Source: Eledone cirrhosa (taxonomy: Eukaryota). Taken from it: 64,000 bases of DNA. The notes under the pieces were generated by a model. It was given only the letters and a program-made list of their open reading frames with translations, did no database searches and was not told the DNA's origin. The stretch spans positions 440,572,001 through 440,636,000 of the forward strand of contig OZ024740.1 in the NCBI GenBank assembly GCA_964016885.1, written 5' to 3'. Made by a program: the position numbers and the translations under genes. Positions 29,707 through 42,456 of the stretch are shown here, one piece after another (the first letter of the stretch is position 1; every line of letters starts with the position of its first letter).

Positions 29707-30174
29707 CACTCATTGATCCATTTTGCACTAACTCTGCATCAAGCACCCTCACCTAAATATTAACCAATCAAGGATCCAATACAGCTATCTGTTGGATGAG
29801 TATTGTATAGTGCCAAAAACGAAACCAATCAGTTTAGCAGAAAGTTTCCAGACAAGAAACACGCATATTTTGCTATCCTCAAACACGTTTACACATGGCA
29901 TAAAATATAACTAATCCGAGATGGCTAGGTTTCATCTTCTAACTGGATATACGAAATCCATTATGTCTTGACAACAACATGAGGTAACATTATGTTATTC
30001 ACAGACACACTTTGTACACTGTTCCATATCAGAATGTATTTCCTTCGTCACATTCACAAACAGTATTGAAAATATGTTCTTCGGCAAATAAAAATGTTTT
30101 GTTCATAATATTTCAACTAGCGATTGCTCTACTCCACGCACGACCACCATAAATTAATGACCAGCTCAACACAA

Positions 30175-30345
30175 GTATTGGTAGAGCGTCAGACATCATG
30201 CTTTGCAGTATTGTTATGGTCCTTTGCATTCTAAGTTCAAATCCTGCCGAGGTTAACTTCGACTTTCATACTTACTAATTCGATAAAATAAAGTACCAGT
30301 AATGGACTGCCGTAATGGATTTGTGCCGAAAAATAGAAACACTAT
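30175..30345 (+). mobile_element. tRNA-derived SINE, diverged copy
   Basis: ggtagagcgtcagaca...agttcaaatcctgccgagg...cgataaaataaagtaccag. Confidence 0.82.
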
Positions 30346-30857
30346 TAATGTGCAATAAGAGCAAAATATAACGACATTGCTCAATTATTTTATCTAATGT
30401 TGTAATAACACAAGGAAATGTTGTTTGTGTATTTTTTTTTATATTTGCTCATAGGCTTTTACGATTTCGCTCAGCCAACAACTATTAAAAAGTGAGTTGC
30501 TTAAGATAACAATTTAATCACAAATTGTTGCTATCTTTTAATACACTCCAACAAGTCATCAAATTATGTACAATAAAAACAAATCTTATTAATTTGCTCA
30601 GGGAATATAAAGAAAATGTATATACACTGATAATTGCAATTGTATGTAAATATTTTGTTTTTGTATTGTTTATTTTATGTTTTCTATTATGTATAATATA
30701 TTGATTTAATATTGATTGTTTTTTGTAGTTGTTTATATTAAAAGTCTGAAAATATTTTTATACATCTTACACTAATATTTATAAGATAATTTATAATAAC
30801 AATTACACAATCTAATTACATTACAACGATAATTTATTATTAATATATATCCTGTTT

Positions 30858-31392
30858 GACTGCCGAATCCATAGTAAGGATCAAACCGCCAGACTCTTTC
30901 AAAAACGAAAGAGAGGCGGATTTCCTCTGTACGGTGGCTATGGTGAAAGAAGTTATATGGTGGACGAGGTTGAGAGGACTGAGGACAGATGCCTTTCTCT
31001 CCGGACAACAATTGATTCCATTCTTTAAGTATCACTTTAGAAGGAGAATCAGGGTGGAGAGAGAGGCACTGCACCCCAGTAAATTTACTGAAAGGTGGGT
31101 GAATGAAGCGAAAATGGCCCGAGTGATTGGGCCTTCTCTGTTTATAAGCCTGTAGGTTGAGGAAGAGAGCAAAAGGAAGAAAGGAGCACTTGCACAACAC
31201 GCTCCTTGAGTTGAGGGTTGTTCTATCGACGGGGTATTAAACAACCCATTTGTGGCGCCTCCCCCCTATTGGGGATTTCGATTGTTGAAATTGTTTGTTT
31301 TTATATTTTTTTACACGACTGTATGTAAAATCCCCGGCATGTCTTTGTATTGTCCCCTTTCTTGTTGCGCCCTTGTGGCTAATAAAGAAATC
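30858..31392 (+). mobile_element. 5'-truncated Tx1/L1 fragment related to 1-3485, with 16-bp TSD
   Basis: Protein matches the C-terminus of ORF 2291-3247 (WWTRL.GLR.D..LSGQQL..FFKYHFRRR). TSD aatatatatcctgttt at 30842-30857 and 31393-31408. Confidence 0.92.
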
Positions 31393-31448
31393 AATATATA
31401 TCCTGTTTAACTAGAGTTATTACAAGCGTTGCCTTAAAAAAATATTAA

Positions 31449-32405
31449 ACTAGACATGAAAAATGCGCAAGCTCAAAAGTGCCACAGAATGTTATAATAA
31501 ACCTTCAAAAGTGTGGGACTAAAGTTGTTGCTAAAATATATTGTAATCATTATATATCGTACATTCTGTGGCATCCTTTATAAAAATAGCTTAAACCAAC
31601 GAAGCCTTTATTTTTACGCTATTTCACTTAGTTAATTCTTAGAGTGTAACATATAAAAATAAATACATCTATGTTTAATGTAATAACAGCTATAAATAAT
31701 TACGTAATATTATTATCATATACTCATAGTAACAAAATAATTGTGTTGAAAATTAATATGATGCTTATATGAACGATCAAATCTATAATGATAATTTCTT
31801 AAATATATTAATATTAAAATAATTTAGTTATCTATTGTTACATTTTCATAGAACTATAATATTAACAATCGTATTGCATTATCAAATTTTTATCACTACA
31901 AACTTTCATATTGGAATTACCTTAAGCCACTTATTATTACTTCGCTTTCGTACTTTTACAGCTGTAGATATTGCGCTGTATCTTATATCTAATATCAATA
32001 TCTCATGGTAATTTGCATGCAGTGTAAAATAGGTTTATTAATAACTTTAATATGAAATGTATTATACAGGGCTGCGGAGTCGGCCAAAAATTGACTGGCT
32101 CCAACTCAGGATCCGATACTCCATTATTTCCTAAATTTCAGCTCCGCAGCTCTGTTATTATATTAATTAATTTATTTTATAGTTGTAAATCATATTTTTA
32201 TATGTTACACTCTAAGAATTAACTAAGTGAAATAGCGTAAAAATAAAGGCTTCGTTGGTTTAAGCTATTTTTATAAAGGATGCCACAGAATGTACGATAT
32301 ATAATGATTACAATATTTTTTAGCAACAACTCTAGTCCCACACTTTTGAAGGTTTATTATAACATTCTGTGGCACTTTTGAGCTTGCGCATTTTTCATGT
32401 CTAGT
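31449..32405. mobile_element. Non-coding element with ~210-bp near-perfect inverted arms (31449-31658 and 32196-32405)
   Basis: actagacatgaaaaatgcgc...tgtaacatataaaa matches its reverse complement with about 2 mismatches; MITE versus PLE remnant unresolved. Confidence 0.75.
32067..32154. mobile_element. 88-bp hAT-like MITE
   Basis: Ends cagggctgcggag / ctccgcagctctg; 8-bp flanks gtattata / ttattata. Confidence 0.7.
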
Positions 32406-33396
32406 ACTAATATTACCAATAGTAGATGGTAATGTACGATATAGTATGTACTAATATTATCAATAGTAGCTGGTAATGTACAATGCAGTATGTACTATCA
32501 CCAATAGAAGCTGGTAATGTAAATATAGTATGTGCTAATATTACCAAAAGTAGCTGGTAATGTACAATATAGTATGTACTAATATTACCAATAGTAGCTG
32601 CTGATGTACAATATAGTATATACTATTACCTATGTTTGCTGGTAATGTACAATATAGTATGTACTAATATTACCAATAGTAACTGGTAATGTACAATATA
32701 TTATGTACTAATATTACCAATAGTAGATGGTAATGTACAATATAGTATGTACTATCACCAATGGTGGCTGGTAATGTACAATACAGTATGTACTAATATT
32801 ACCAATAGTAGCTGGTATTGTACAATACAATATTTACTAATATTACCAATGGTAGCTGGTAATGTACAATATAGTATGTACTAATATTGCCAATGGTAGC
32901 TGGTAATGTACAATATAGTATGTATTAATATTACCAATGGTAGCTGGTAATGTACAATATAGTATGTACTAATATTACCAATAGTAGCCTGTAATGTACA
33001 ATACTTAATGTACTAATATTACCAATAGTAGCTGGTAATGTACAATACAGTATGTATTAATATTACCAATGGTAGCTGGTAATGTACAATATAGTATGTA
33101 CTAATAGTACCAATAGTAGCTGGTAATGTACAATACTGTATGTACTAATATTACCAATGGTAGCTGGTAATGTACAATACAGAATGTACTAATATTATCA
33201 ATAGTAGCTGGTAATGTACAATATAGTATGTACTAATATTAACAATAGTAGCTGATAATGTACTATATACAACACTAGCTGGTAATGTACAATATAGTAT
33301 GTACTAGTATTACCAATAGTAGCTGGTACTGTACTATTAGCAACACTAGCCGGTAATGTACAATATAGTATGTACTATTACCAATGGTATCTGGTA
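32403..33396. repeat. Second block of the 44-bp satellite (~22 units), same orientation as the main array
   Basis: Same consensus as 8637-26321. Confidence 0.95.
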
Positions 33397-33432
33397 GTTA
33401 ATAGCAATCTTTACTTAAGTGACATCATTATT

Positions 33433-33575
33433 GATCGGTAGAGGGTCGGACACCATGCTTTGCAGCAAAGAATTACGACCCTTTATGATCTGAGTTCAAA
33501 TCCCGCCGAGGTTAACTTTGCCTTTTATCCTTATGGGGTCGATAAAATAAAGTACCAGTAATACCCTGGGGTATT
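33433..33575 (+). mobile_element. tRNA-derived SINE copy
   Basis: atcggtagagggtcggacac...gagttcaaatcccgccgagg...gtcgataaaataaagtaccag. Confidence 0.85.
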
Positions 33576-34064
33576 GATATATTGTATTGATGTAATCAGT
33601 AAATATTTCACTGATACGATGAACTTGTAGTAGGGGCGGCGTGTTGTTCGTTACTGTCACACTGCTCAATGTTATTGGGTTAGAGTTTGTCACACACTCC
33701 AGTGAGCCACACCACTTGGAAGCGGCCATTTAAAGACCAATCCCTCGCTTTCTCCATTCTGTCCAATCAGACCACGGGGTAGACTTCACCTGGAATTCTT
33801 CACACCTGAGAACCATCTCCCGGTGTAGTGAGGAATGAGGATTCTTTCCCGTGTTTTGAGGATTTTTTCAATTACCTGACATATCTGTATACTTGCATAA
33901 GGCCACCTCATAATTGTATGAACATCTGATGGTGTCACATGGATACTGGTAATTATATAACCATTGCATAACCTTGTCATTGAAATATATATAACGCAAT
34001 AAAACAATTATGTAAAAGCTACCTTGTCTTAACAACATTTCATATATATATATATATATATATA

Positions 34065-34270
34065 TAGGAACAAGTATGACCCCGACGGCAGAGCTCAAGC
34101 CGTTTCGATGGCTAATTCTGGACTAAGTTAGTCCAGAATTAGCCGTCGAAATGGCTTGAGCTCTGCTGTCGGGGTCATACTTGTTTCTATTACCCACTCT
34201 ACTACCCTAAGTATTGAGTACTTTGGTGCGTTATGGTCCCTCTGGTTCCTTACCACAATTCCTTCGTTAT
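34065..34270 (+). mobile_element. Family B short PLE-like element: palindrome containing an HHR 3' half plus a tail, inserted in (TA)n
   Basis: Arms ~34066-34126 and ~34128-34190; GAAA-tggc-ttgagctct-gctg-TC-ggggtc; second copy at 42268-42456. Confidence 0.7.
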
Positions 34271-35206
34271 ATATATATAGTTATTTAATTTTATCAAACA
34301 GTAAGTATTAACGGCAGTTATTGTTATTTTATATACTTAGATCAAACTAAGATATATGTGTGGCCGAGGCCACACCCTTGGGCCGAGGATACACCCTCAC
34401 CCACAAATGTCATAATATGGCTAGAGATAGGAAGCGAGGGAAGTGAACCAGGGAGGAGCTCCTCCTAAAGAAGTGAGATAGCCCTGGATTTGGGATGTTT
34501 GAAGTTCGTTAAAAGAAACTCTTATATTTCCTTTTTCAATATATTCTTATATGTATTGAACAGGAATTCTGCTGAATCTCTAGCAGAGCTCCTGGCCAGG
34601 CTAACGTGTTGGTTTTAATCACTGACACCCCAACTATACAGCATGTTATACTGGAATACATGTTACCATATGCACTCAAAGTGACGTGTGAACTTAGCAT
34701 AGCATTAGTGACTCGAGATTTTAAACGAAACCCCTATTTAAAGAGTGGTTGAATTTGTCTGAGAGTGGAATACTCCGAGCAAAACTCGAGGTGGGTCTAG
34801 TTTATTGTCATCCAATACAATTTTAAACCAACGAGAAGAAGGTTTATCGATCCAAAGTGTGAATGTAGTTCTCTGTACGCTCTAGTAACTGTAATCCATC
34901 TGACGCACAGAAAACCTGAAGGACAGCCGCAATAAGTGTGTGAATCTAAGAGGGAATATGTTGAATAAAATCATAATTAACTGATCTCCTGTATTTTCTT
35001 TTACCCAAATCCAGTAACTTTTCAGCACACCCTCGTATATTCGCCAACCCATCGTTAAAGAAAACTACTTTATTTTACTAGTTTACTGATAAGGCTATTT
35101 TCTCTCTAATAGAGACATAATATTGCAGGATTGATTATGTATGCATTTGTTGCTCTCTTTTGCAGGACTAAATGGTTCTAAAGCCTTCTTCTTCATTTTA
35201 CTCTCC

Positions 35207-35515
35207 TCAACTTGTCATTGAATCTGTCATCAGAATATATGACTCAGTTTTAACTAAATCCAACGCTGCAGTGACTTCATCAAGGAAGGATCTGTATTCG
35301 GACTCCTTGTTTGGTGCATAAACTTGCACCACCCACAGAGACCCATCTTTCAGCCTAAGCTTCAAGAGGCAAATTCTCCCTCCTAATGGGACCCAGTTAG
35401 TAAAACACACTCTGATAGCCGGGGTTTGTGAGTATCCCCAGTCTTGTCTAAATAGTCATTTCTGGCGCCACACCTGAATAGTGGAGTTTCCATCCTCCAA
35501 TCAAATCTACAGTAT
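35207..35515 (-). mobile_element. RTE-like LINE endonuclease fragment
   Basis: GWKLHYSGV; RICLLKLRL..SLWVVQVYAPN..SEY.SFLDEV. Confidence 0.7.
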
Positions 35516-35814
35516 ACGGAACTTTGTTGAAGGGAGGTGATGAAGACAGCCCATAAATTAAAAGGCTGACTTCCAAATATTAAATATCCGATATTATTTT
35601 AAAATCTTTTATCAAACAATTTTATATGACGATGTATTTGAAAAGATACAAATGAGAAGATTGCAGTAAAATACTTTTATCTATTTTTAAAACTTAAATT
35701 TCTCTCGTGATGTTTTTCTTTGTTTGTTTAAACGAATTTATCTTTTCATTACAAAGCCGAGAATATTTAACACAATTCCTTTGTTCATGAAAAACATCGT
35801 ATAAATATAGATAT

Positions 35815-35815
<1 letters not shown>

Positions 35816-35900
<85 letters not shown>

Positions 35901-35904
35901 GTGT

Positions 35905-35937
<33 letters not shown>

Positions 35938-36038
35938 CTATGGTGATGACTATGGTGACTATGGTGACTATGGTGATGACTATGATGACTATGGTGATTA
36001 TGGTGACTCTAGTGACTCTGTTGACTATGGTGATGGTT
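35816..36038. repeat. (ATG)n microsatellite grading into 9-bp ATGGTGACT units
   Basis: Direct reading; explains the poly-Met ORF. Confidence 0.95.
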
Positions 36039-36273
36039 ATATTCAATATCTCCCCCTACTCCCACACAATACTTTAACTCTGTTCGTCAGGTGAAAGGAC
36101 AGCATCTCTATATTTCTGTTTCAATTCCCAACACTCTTCACTTTCTCCCTCTCCCTCTCTCTCTCTCCCTCCCTCTCCCCGCCATACCTCTCTCTCCCCC
36201 TATTTACCTACCTACGTAAACACACCCACACACACACATATATATACATATATATATATATACATATATATAC

Positions 36274-36324
<51 letters not shown>

Positions 36325-37568
36325 TATACATATATCGTATTAAGGGTACTATTTATGGTTATGTATGTAATAAAACCTTTAATGGTAATATATTATATAT
36401 ACAAACCTTAAATAGTGAAAGATAGTCATTAATTACTATCCTATTACCAGTAAGATAAATATATATGAGATGGGGGTTGTCTATTCCTGGATGACCAGAC
36501 TAGTGCCTTTATATGTGAAATTAGATCTCCGGACCATACCGAAGATTTACCGGAGATTCAGACATGCAATGACCCGGAGCCTACCGGGGGGCATATATAA
36601 TAGTGGGACCATACCAGGTCCTACTGTTATATTACATTTGCATGGAACAGTGACTTGAGAGTCTGACTCCTCTTATAGAATGTTCAGATATGACACCCCT
36701 TAATGGATGGTAATCATCTTAATATATACACCCTTGTACTTCTTAATGGACAACTCTCTAACCTATAATTGGGAAACATACTCTAGAAATTAGTTATAAC
36801 TTCATATGATAGGCACGTATTTGAATCACCATTAATGTAGTTTAGGATAGTAATTTAACTAAGATAACTAGCTAGTTACCTCCCCTTACGCATTAATTCC
36901 CCTTAGTCATTCAGACACTTCCGGAATCTGGACAGCATGATCTATTAATTAAGAACCGACTGGATACGGTTTATAACTTGATTATATGCTGAACCATCGC
37001 GAATTATACGATAGACACGTGTTCTATATATTGCGTCTCATGAATTATGTGAATGGTGGTGTGAGCGAGGACAGTGGTACGGCTTTGCCTACGATACAAT
37101 AAGGTTTATAGTATGTTGAAAGTTTCTGATATTTTGGTGTTTCCCTGCATCCGAGACTGTATATCATACAGATGTATGAGAATAAATGACTTAATAATTC
37201 AGCCCACATAATAAGATCGATTGCCTGCTTCAACTGCCTAACCCTGCAAATATCATTCTGACGCACTATAATCATGTATAAATAAGACACGCGTGCACGC
37301 TACACGTGAGATTGTTTCATGCACTGACTACTCTAAGCTTTCCTCTTGCTTTATCTTCATAGACTGCCAACGCTTCATGTTTATCTTTATTTTCATTCTT
37401 GCTTTTATTTTTATTTTTATTTTTATTTTTATCCTGTAACCTTTATATGTAAATTGCCATGCTATATCATTTGATGAGTGTCACCCCACTGTTGATCAAT
37501 ATGCGCATATGTTTTATGTGTCTCTTGGGTTGAAAAGGAGGTCAAGTATGTTATAGATCAGTAAATAG

Positions 37569-37617
37569 TTGCTCCGAAGAATCCAAACCTCGGTTTGGAG
37601 GAAACAATTGTAAGCAA
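37569..37617 (+). ncRNA. Minimal type I HHR (family E) with one core change (CCGAAGA)
   Basis: ttgct-CCGAAGA-a-tccaaac-ctcg-gtttgga-g-GAAA-caattg-TA-agcaa; all three stems pair; AATAAA follows. Confidence 0.75.
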
Positions 37618-37733
37618 ATAAATGACTTAAACTGAACTTTGATTATTGTAATCTCTATATACATATATATATATATATACATATATATACATATATATAT
37701 ATATATACACATATATACATATATATATATATT

Positions 37734-37765
<32 letters not shown>

Positions 37766-38160
37766 CATATATATATATATTCAGATATATACTCAGATAT
37801 TCAAAACAACGAACAGTGGAGGACGCGTTTCGCACCTTTCCGACAGACAACCTTTCCCCCACCCCGGAAAAAAACCCCAGTTGATGGATGTGAATCCGAA
37901 ATATATAGGGACAATTAAATCTCTCCCAAGGTAACACTCTCTCGTGTTGTTATTTTAATTTTATCCTTTATGCTCTTTCCTTCATTCCTCTACACGTCTT
38001 ATACACACCACGCATCTCAACGTACACCCACTTACATCTCTCTCCAACACCGGATCTTGTTACCCGGAGATTTACCCATTTGCATTGTCGAGGCTTGCAA
38101 ACGACTTAAAGAAATTTACCTTATTATTCCACAATGTTTCAAGCAAACCTCAATACTCCC

Positions 38161-38200
<40 letters not shown>

Positions 38201-38394
38201 TCAGGTTTGAGGTTCACCACTGTATAGAGCTGGTCTATTCCGTATGGTCAATCGTAATGCAATAATATAGAGAGTACTCAACGTAAAGCAGTTCAACCGT
38301 CTTTGTTTTTGTAGTTGGTGGTGCTATTACGGAGTTAAATATTATAATGAAATGACAGGAGGCTGGATTTGTGTAAATCCTTGAAAGGTTTATT

Positions 38395-38452
38395 ATACTA
38401 TGATCATTTCAATGACCGGGTTCCGTATGAATCCGGTGATATCATCAGGTAT
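38395..38452 (-). ncRNA. Minimal type I HHR, family D, intact core
   Basis: Reverse complement of 38835-38892. Confidence 0.85.
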
Positions 38453-38834
38453 TCGAAATATAATCCCTTCCTTCTCTCCTCTCCTCCTCCCTGCAGACTT
38501 ATCTTCCTTCCCCCTCTTGCTTGCCTATATCTGACCAGTAGTAGTTACCTTCCTCTTTTAGCTGACATTAACCCTGACTTCTCTTCTTCTTTCTTCCCCC
38601 TTCTTCTCCTTCCTTTCTTTCTTTCTTTTACCTTGTGTCATGGGATCGACGTTAACCTATGCTCCCATCTCTTTCTGTTTTCGTTCATCTGACCGGTAGT
38701 AGCATACTATAAAATTTAGCCACGTCACTCCAGGGCGACCGGCTGAGGTTGAAGGAACAGAATAGCGGTCGCCCTCGGGTCTCGATTTTCAGCCCCATGG
38801 ATTTTACCTATTACATTCACGTATTATATTTCGA

Positions 38835-38892
38835 ATACCTGATGATATCACCGGATTCATACGGAACCCGGTCATTGAAATGATCATAGTAT
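38835..38892 (+). ncRNA. Minimal type I HHR, family D, intact core
   Basis: atac-CTGATGA-tatc-accgg-attcatacggaac-ccggt-catt-GAAA-tgatca-TA-gtat. Confidence 0.85.
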
Positions 38893-39026
38893 AATAAACC
38901 TTTCAAGGATTTACACAAATCCAGCCTCCTGTCATTTCATTATAATATGTATATATATATATATATGTCCCAACATAATACCATCAACACCATATACACA
39001 GAGGTGACATGTCTAAGAACTGACTA

Positions 39027-39086
39027 ACGGCCTGATGAGGTCATAGCCATACAATGGCTATCATCGAAATATATATATATAGCAGT
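39027..39086 (+). ncRNA. Minimal type I HHR (family F) with (AU)n stem III
   Basis: acggc-CTGATGA-ggtc-atagccat-aca-atggctat-catc-GAAA-tatatatata-TA-gcagt; one stem I mismatch. Confidence 0.75.
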
Positions 39087-39135
39087 AAATAAAGGATTAT
39101 GAGTTCATGCAATTGACTTAGGTTTCGTCACTATA

Positions 39136-39228
<93 letters not shown>

Positions 39229-39281
39229 GTAAGTATGTATGTATACGTACATACATATATGTATACAGACGTACAGTAGCA

Positions 39282-39341
<60 letters not shown>

Positions 39342-39395
39342 TGCTACTGTACGTCTGTGGTTACCTCCGATTCAACCCGGAATAACGTATATATA

Positions 39396-39491
<96 letters not shown>

Positions 39492-39650
39492 TATACATAC
39501 AGGTACACATACATATATGTACGTATCAGTTTAGCGGACGTTTATTATAACGCCCGCTTTGTCCGTTTGTAAACAAACTGACAGCCTGAATTTATGCCGT
39601 ACGGTGTTAAGGCAACCACGTCACCTTTTTGTTCAACACTGACACAGGAA

Positions 39651-39691
39651 CGATGTACTAGTTTCAAGCTTCTTAGCTATCATCAGCACCG
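39651..39691 (-). ncRNA. Minimal type I HHR, family C, intact core
   Basis: rc cggtg-CTGATGA-t-agct-aaga-agct-t-GAAA-ctag-TA-catcg. Confidence 0.85.
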
Positions 39692-39928
39692 TATACCCTT
39701 CTGCCAGATGGTTGAAAGTTCGAAAGTATATACTTTCCTTATGAAAATTAACGGCTGAGCAGCCTAATTTGCATATCGAGTGAGTTCAGTCGGCCAGGCG
39801 CACCGAAAACGATAAGTTGTAATAAAATGAAAACGAAATTTTATTTCTCACTCTTAGTACGGCACTTACTTAGATGTAAGTATGTATGTATACGTACATA
39901 CATATATGTATACAGACGTACAGTAGCA

Positions 39929-40023
<95 letters not shown>

Positions 40024-40191
40024 CATATATATACATACATGAAATTTCGTTTTCATTTTATTACAACTCATCGTTTTCGGTGCGCCTGGCCGACTGAACT
40101 CACTCGATATGCAAATTAGGCTGCTCAGCCGTTAATTTTCATAAGGAAAGTATATACTTTCGAACGTTCAACCATCTGGCAGAAGGGTATA

Positions 40192-40232
40192 CGGTGCTGA
40201 TGATAGCTAAGAAGCTTGATATTAGTACATCG
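40192..40232 (+). ncRNA. HHR, family C, mutated copy (GATA)
   Basis: cggtg-CTGATGA-tagctaagaagctt-GATA-ttag-TA-catcg. Confidence 0.65.
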
Positions 40233-40391
40233 TTCCTGTGTCAGTGTTGAACAAAAAGGTGACGTGGTTGCCTTAACACCGTACGGCATAAATTCGGGCT
40301 GTCAGTTTGTTTACAAACGGACAAAGCGGGCGTTATAATAAACGTCCGCTAAACTGATACGTACATATATGTATGTGTACCTGTATGTATA

Positions 40392-40422
<31 letters not shown>

Positions 40423-40541
40423 GCATGCTACTGTACGTCTGTATACATATATGTATGTACGTATACATACATACTTACATTTAAGTAAGTGCCGTACTAA
40501 GAGTGAGAAATTAAATTTCGTTTTCATTTTATTACAACTAT

Positions 40542-40635
<94 letters not shown>

Positions 40636-40717
40636 GTTATTCCGGGTTGAATCGGAGGTAACCACAGTAAGTAAGGTACTCAATACATAGCAGAGTATAA
40701 CAGTTTTAATATAGATG

Positions 40718-40768
40718 AGATTCTACAGGACTAGAACTGTTTCATTCATTAGAAATCATCAGGAATCT
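40718..40768 (-). ncRNA. Minimal type I HHR, family A, intact core
   Basis: rc agattc-CTGATGA-tttctaatgaat-GAAA-cag-ttctagtc-ctg-TA-gaatct. Confidence 0.87.
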
Positions 40769-41428
40769 GGGTATCAAAAAATAAATATGGTATTTATAGG
40801 TCTCTACAAGTGGTAGGAGAGGGTGGGGAGTGGGATGGGTGCAGGTCATTGGTTGATAGAAAAGGGAATTCATTAAAAGCTAATTCTACAAAGCTATAGT
40901 TTATTTTTATTTTTATTTATATTTATTTATGTTTTTAGAGTAACACAGGCAGACAGAATTCTATAAACAGGTTCCGGATGGCATACCATTCCTTGTCAAT
41001 AAGTTTCTCTTAAGCTAACAGATGTCTATAAAATCAGTGGGGGATCAGTCATGGTCGATAGAATTAAAGAAAAGGGAGAATCTTTAAAAGCTAAAGTCAT
41101 TAAGGTTCTACTAAGTGACAAAGGTCTAGAGAATTCTGCAGACAGATTCAAAATACTGAGGGCATATCTTACTATTATCTTCGAACTTCTCTTAAACTAA
41201 TTAACTATATGCCAAAAATCAACAGACACATTCACAAAAAAACAAAAAAACGAAAAAACAAAAAAACACACATACTCACTCACACACTTACGCGCAACCA
41301 TAAACACACACACAAACACATATACACACATAAAAACACACACACATATATATAAAAATATATAAATATATATAAAAATATATATTCATGTACACACACA
41401 TACATACATACATACATACATATATAAT

Positions 41429-41475
<47 letters not shown>

Positions 41476-41476
41476 T

Positions 41477-41521
<45 letters not shown>

Positions 41522-41682
41522 GATACACACATACATACACATACATACACACACATACACATATATATACACAAATAAATACACTCACACGCATACATAC
41601 AAACACGAGTATACATATGTATAAATATCTATACACAGACACACACACACACATATACATATATATACATACATATACACAC

Positions 41683-41762
<80 letters not shown>

Positions 41763-41859
41763 CCATACATATACAAACATACACATACATACACAGACCT
41801 ATACATAAATATACAAATATATATACAGCCATATAACGCATATATACACACTCATATAC

Positions 41860-41920
<61 letters not shown>

Positions 41921-42149
41921 TACACATATATACACATACATATATATATATACACACACGCGCATACATACATACACACACCCACACACAAATAAATATA
42001 AATAAAAATAAAAATAAACTATAGCTTTGTAGAATTAGCTTTTAATGAATTCCCTTTTCTATCAACCAATGACCTGCACCCATCACACTCCCCACCCTCT
42101 CCTACCACGTGTAGAGACCTATAAATACCATATTTATTTTTTGATACCC

Positions 42150-42200
42150 AGATTCTTGATGATTTCTAATGAATGAAACAGTTCTAGTCCTGTAGAATCT
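42150..42200 (+). ncRNA. HHR, family A, core C-to-T (TTGATGA)
   Basis: agattc-TTGATGA-tttctaatgaat-GAAA-cagttctagtcctg-TA-gaatct. Confidence 0.7.
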
Positions 42201-42212
42201 TATCTATATTAA

Positions 42213-42267
<55 letters not shown>

Positions 42268-42269
<2 letters not shown>

Positions 42270-42456
42270 ACGAAGGAGATGTGGTAAGGAACCAGATAGA
42301 CCATAACGTACCAAAGTACTCAATACTTAGGGTAGTAGAGTGGGTAATAGGAACAAGTATGACGCCGACGGCAGAGCTCAAGCTGTTTCGACGGCTAATT
42401 CTGGACTAGCCAGAAACGGCTTGAGCTCTGCTGTCGAGGTCATACTTGTTCCTATA
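42268..42456 (-). mobile_element. Family B element, second copy
   Basis: Reverse complement of 34065-34270 with a shorter palindrome centre; in (TA)n. Confidence 0.7.

Larger units (their letters stand above)
38200..38950 (-). mobile_element. Family D non-autonomous PLE-like element: ~125-bp inverted arms (38341-38464 and 38823-38946), tail on the left arm
   Basis: Arms are reverse complements, each with an HHR; flanked by (TA)n. Confidence 0.75.
39228..40538. mobile_element. Family C: ~450-nt non-coding HHR unit in inverted and head-to-tail arrangement
   Basis: 39496-39932 is the reverse complement of 40037-40388 plus 40421-40538; unit heads also at 39228-39284 and 39338-39357. Confidence 0.75.
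40634..42216 (-). mobile_element. Family A pLTR element: tail-bearing pLTR (40634-~41280), microsatellite interior, tail-less inverted partial pLTR (~42005-42216)
   Basis: 40703-40910 is the reverse complement of 42005-42216; same family at 45858-46152 and 48368-48680. Confidence 0.8.

Noticed and set aside
32208-32245. HHR in the 210-bp inverted arms (ctaaga...gaaatagcgta)
   Set aside because: The core lacks a base and stem I does not pair; too degenerate to call.
35738-36077. Poly-Met and poly-Ile ORFs
   Set aside because: They come from an (ATG)n microsatellite.
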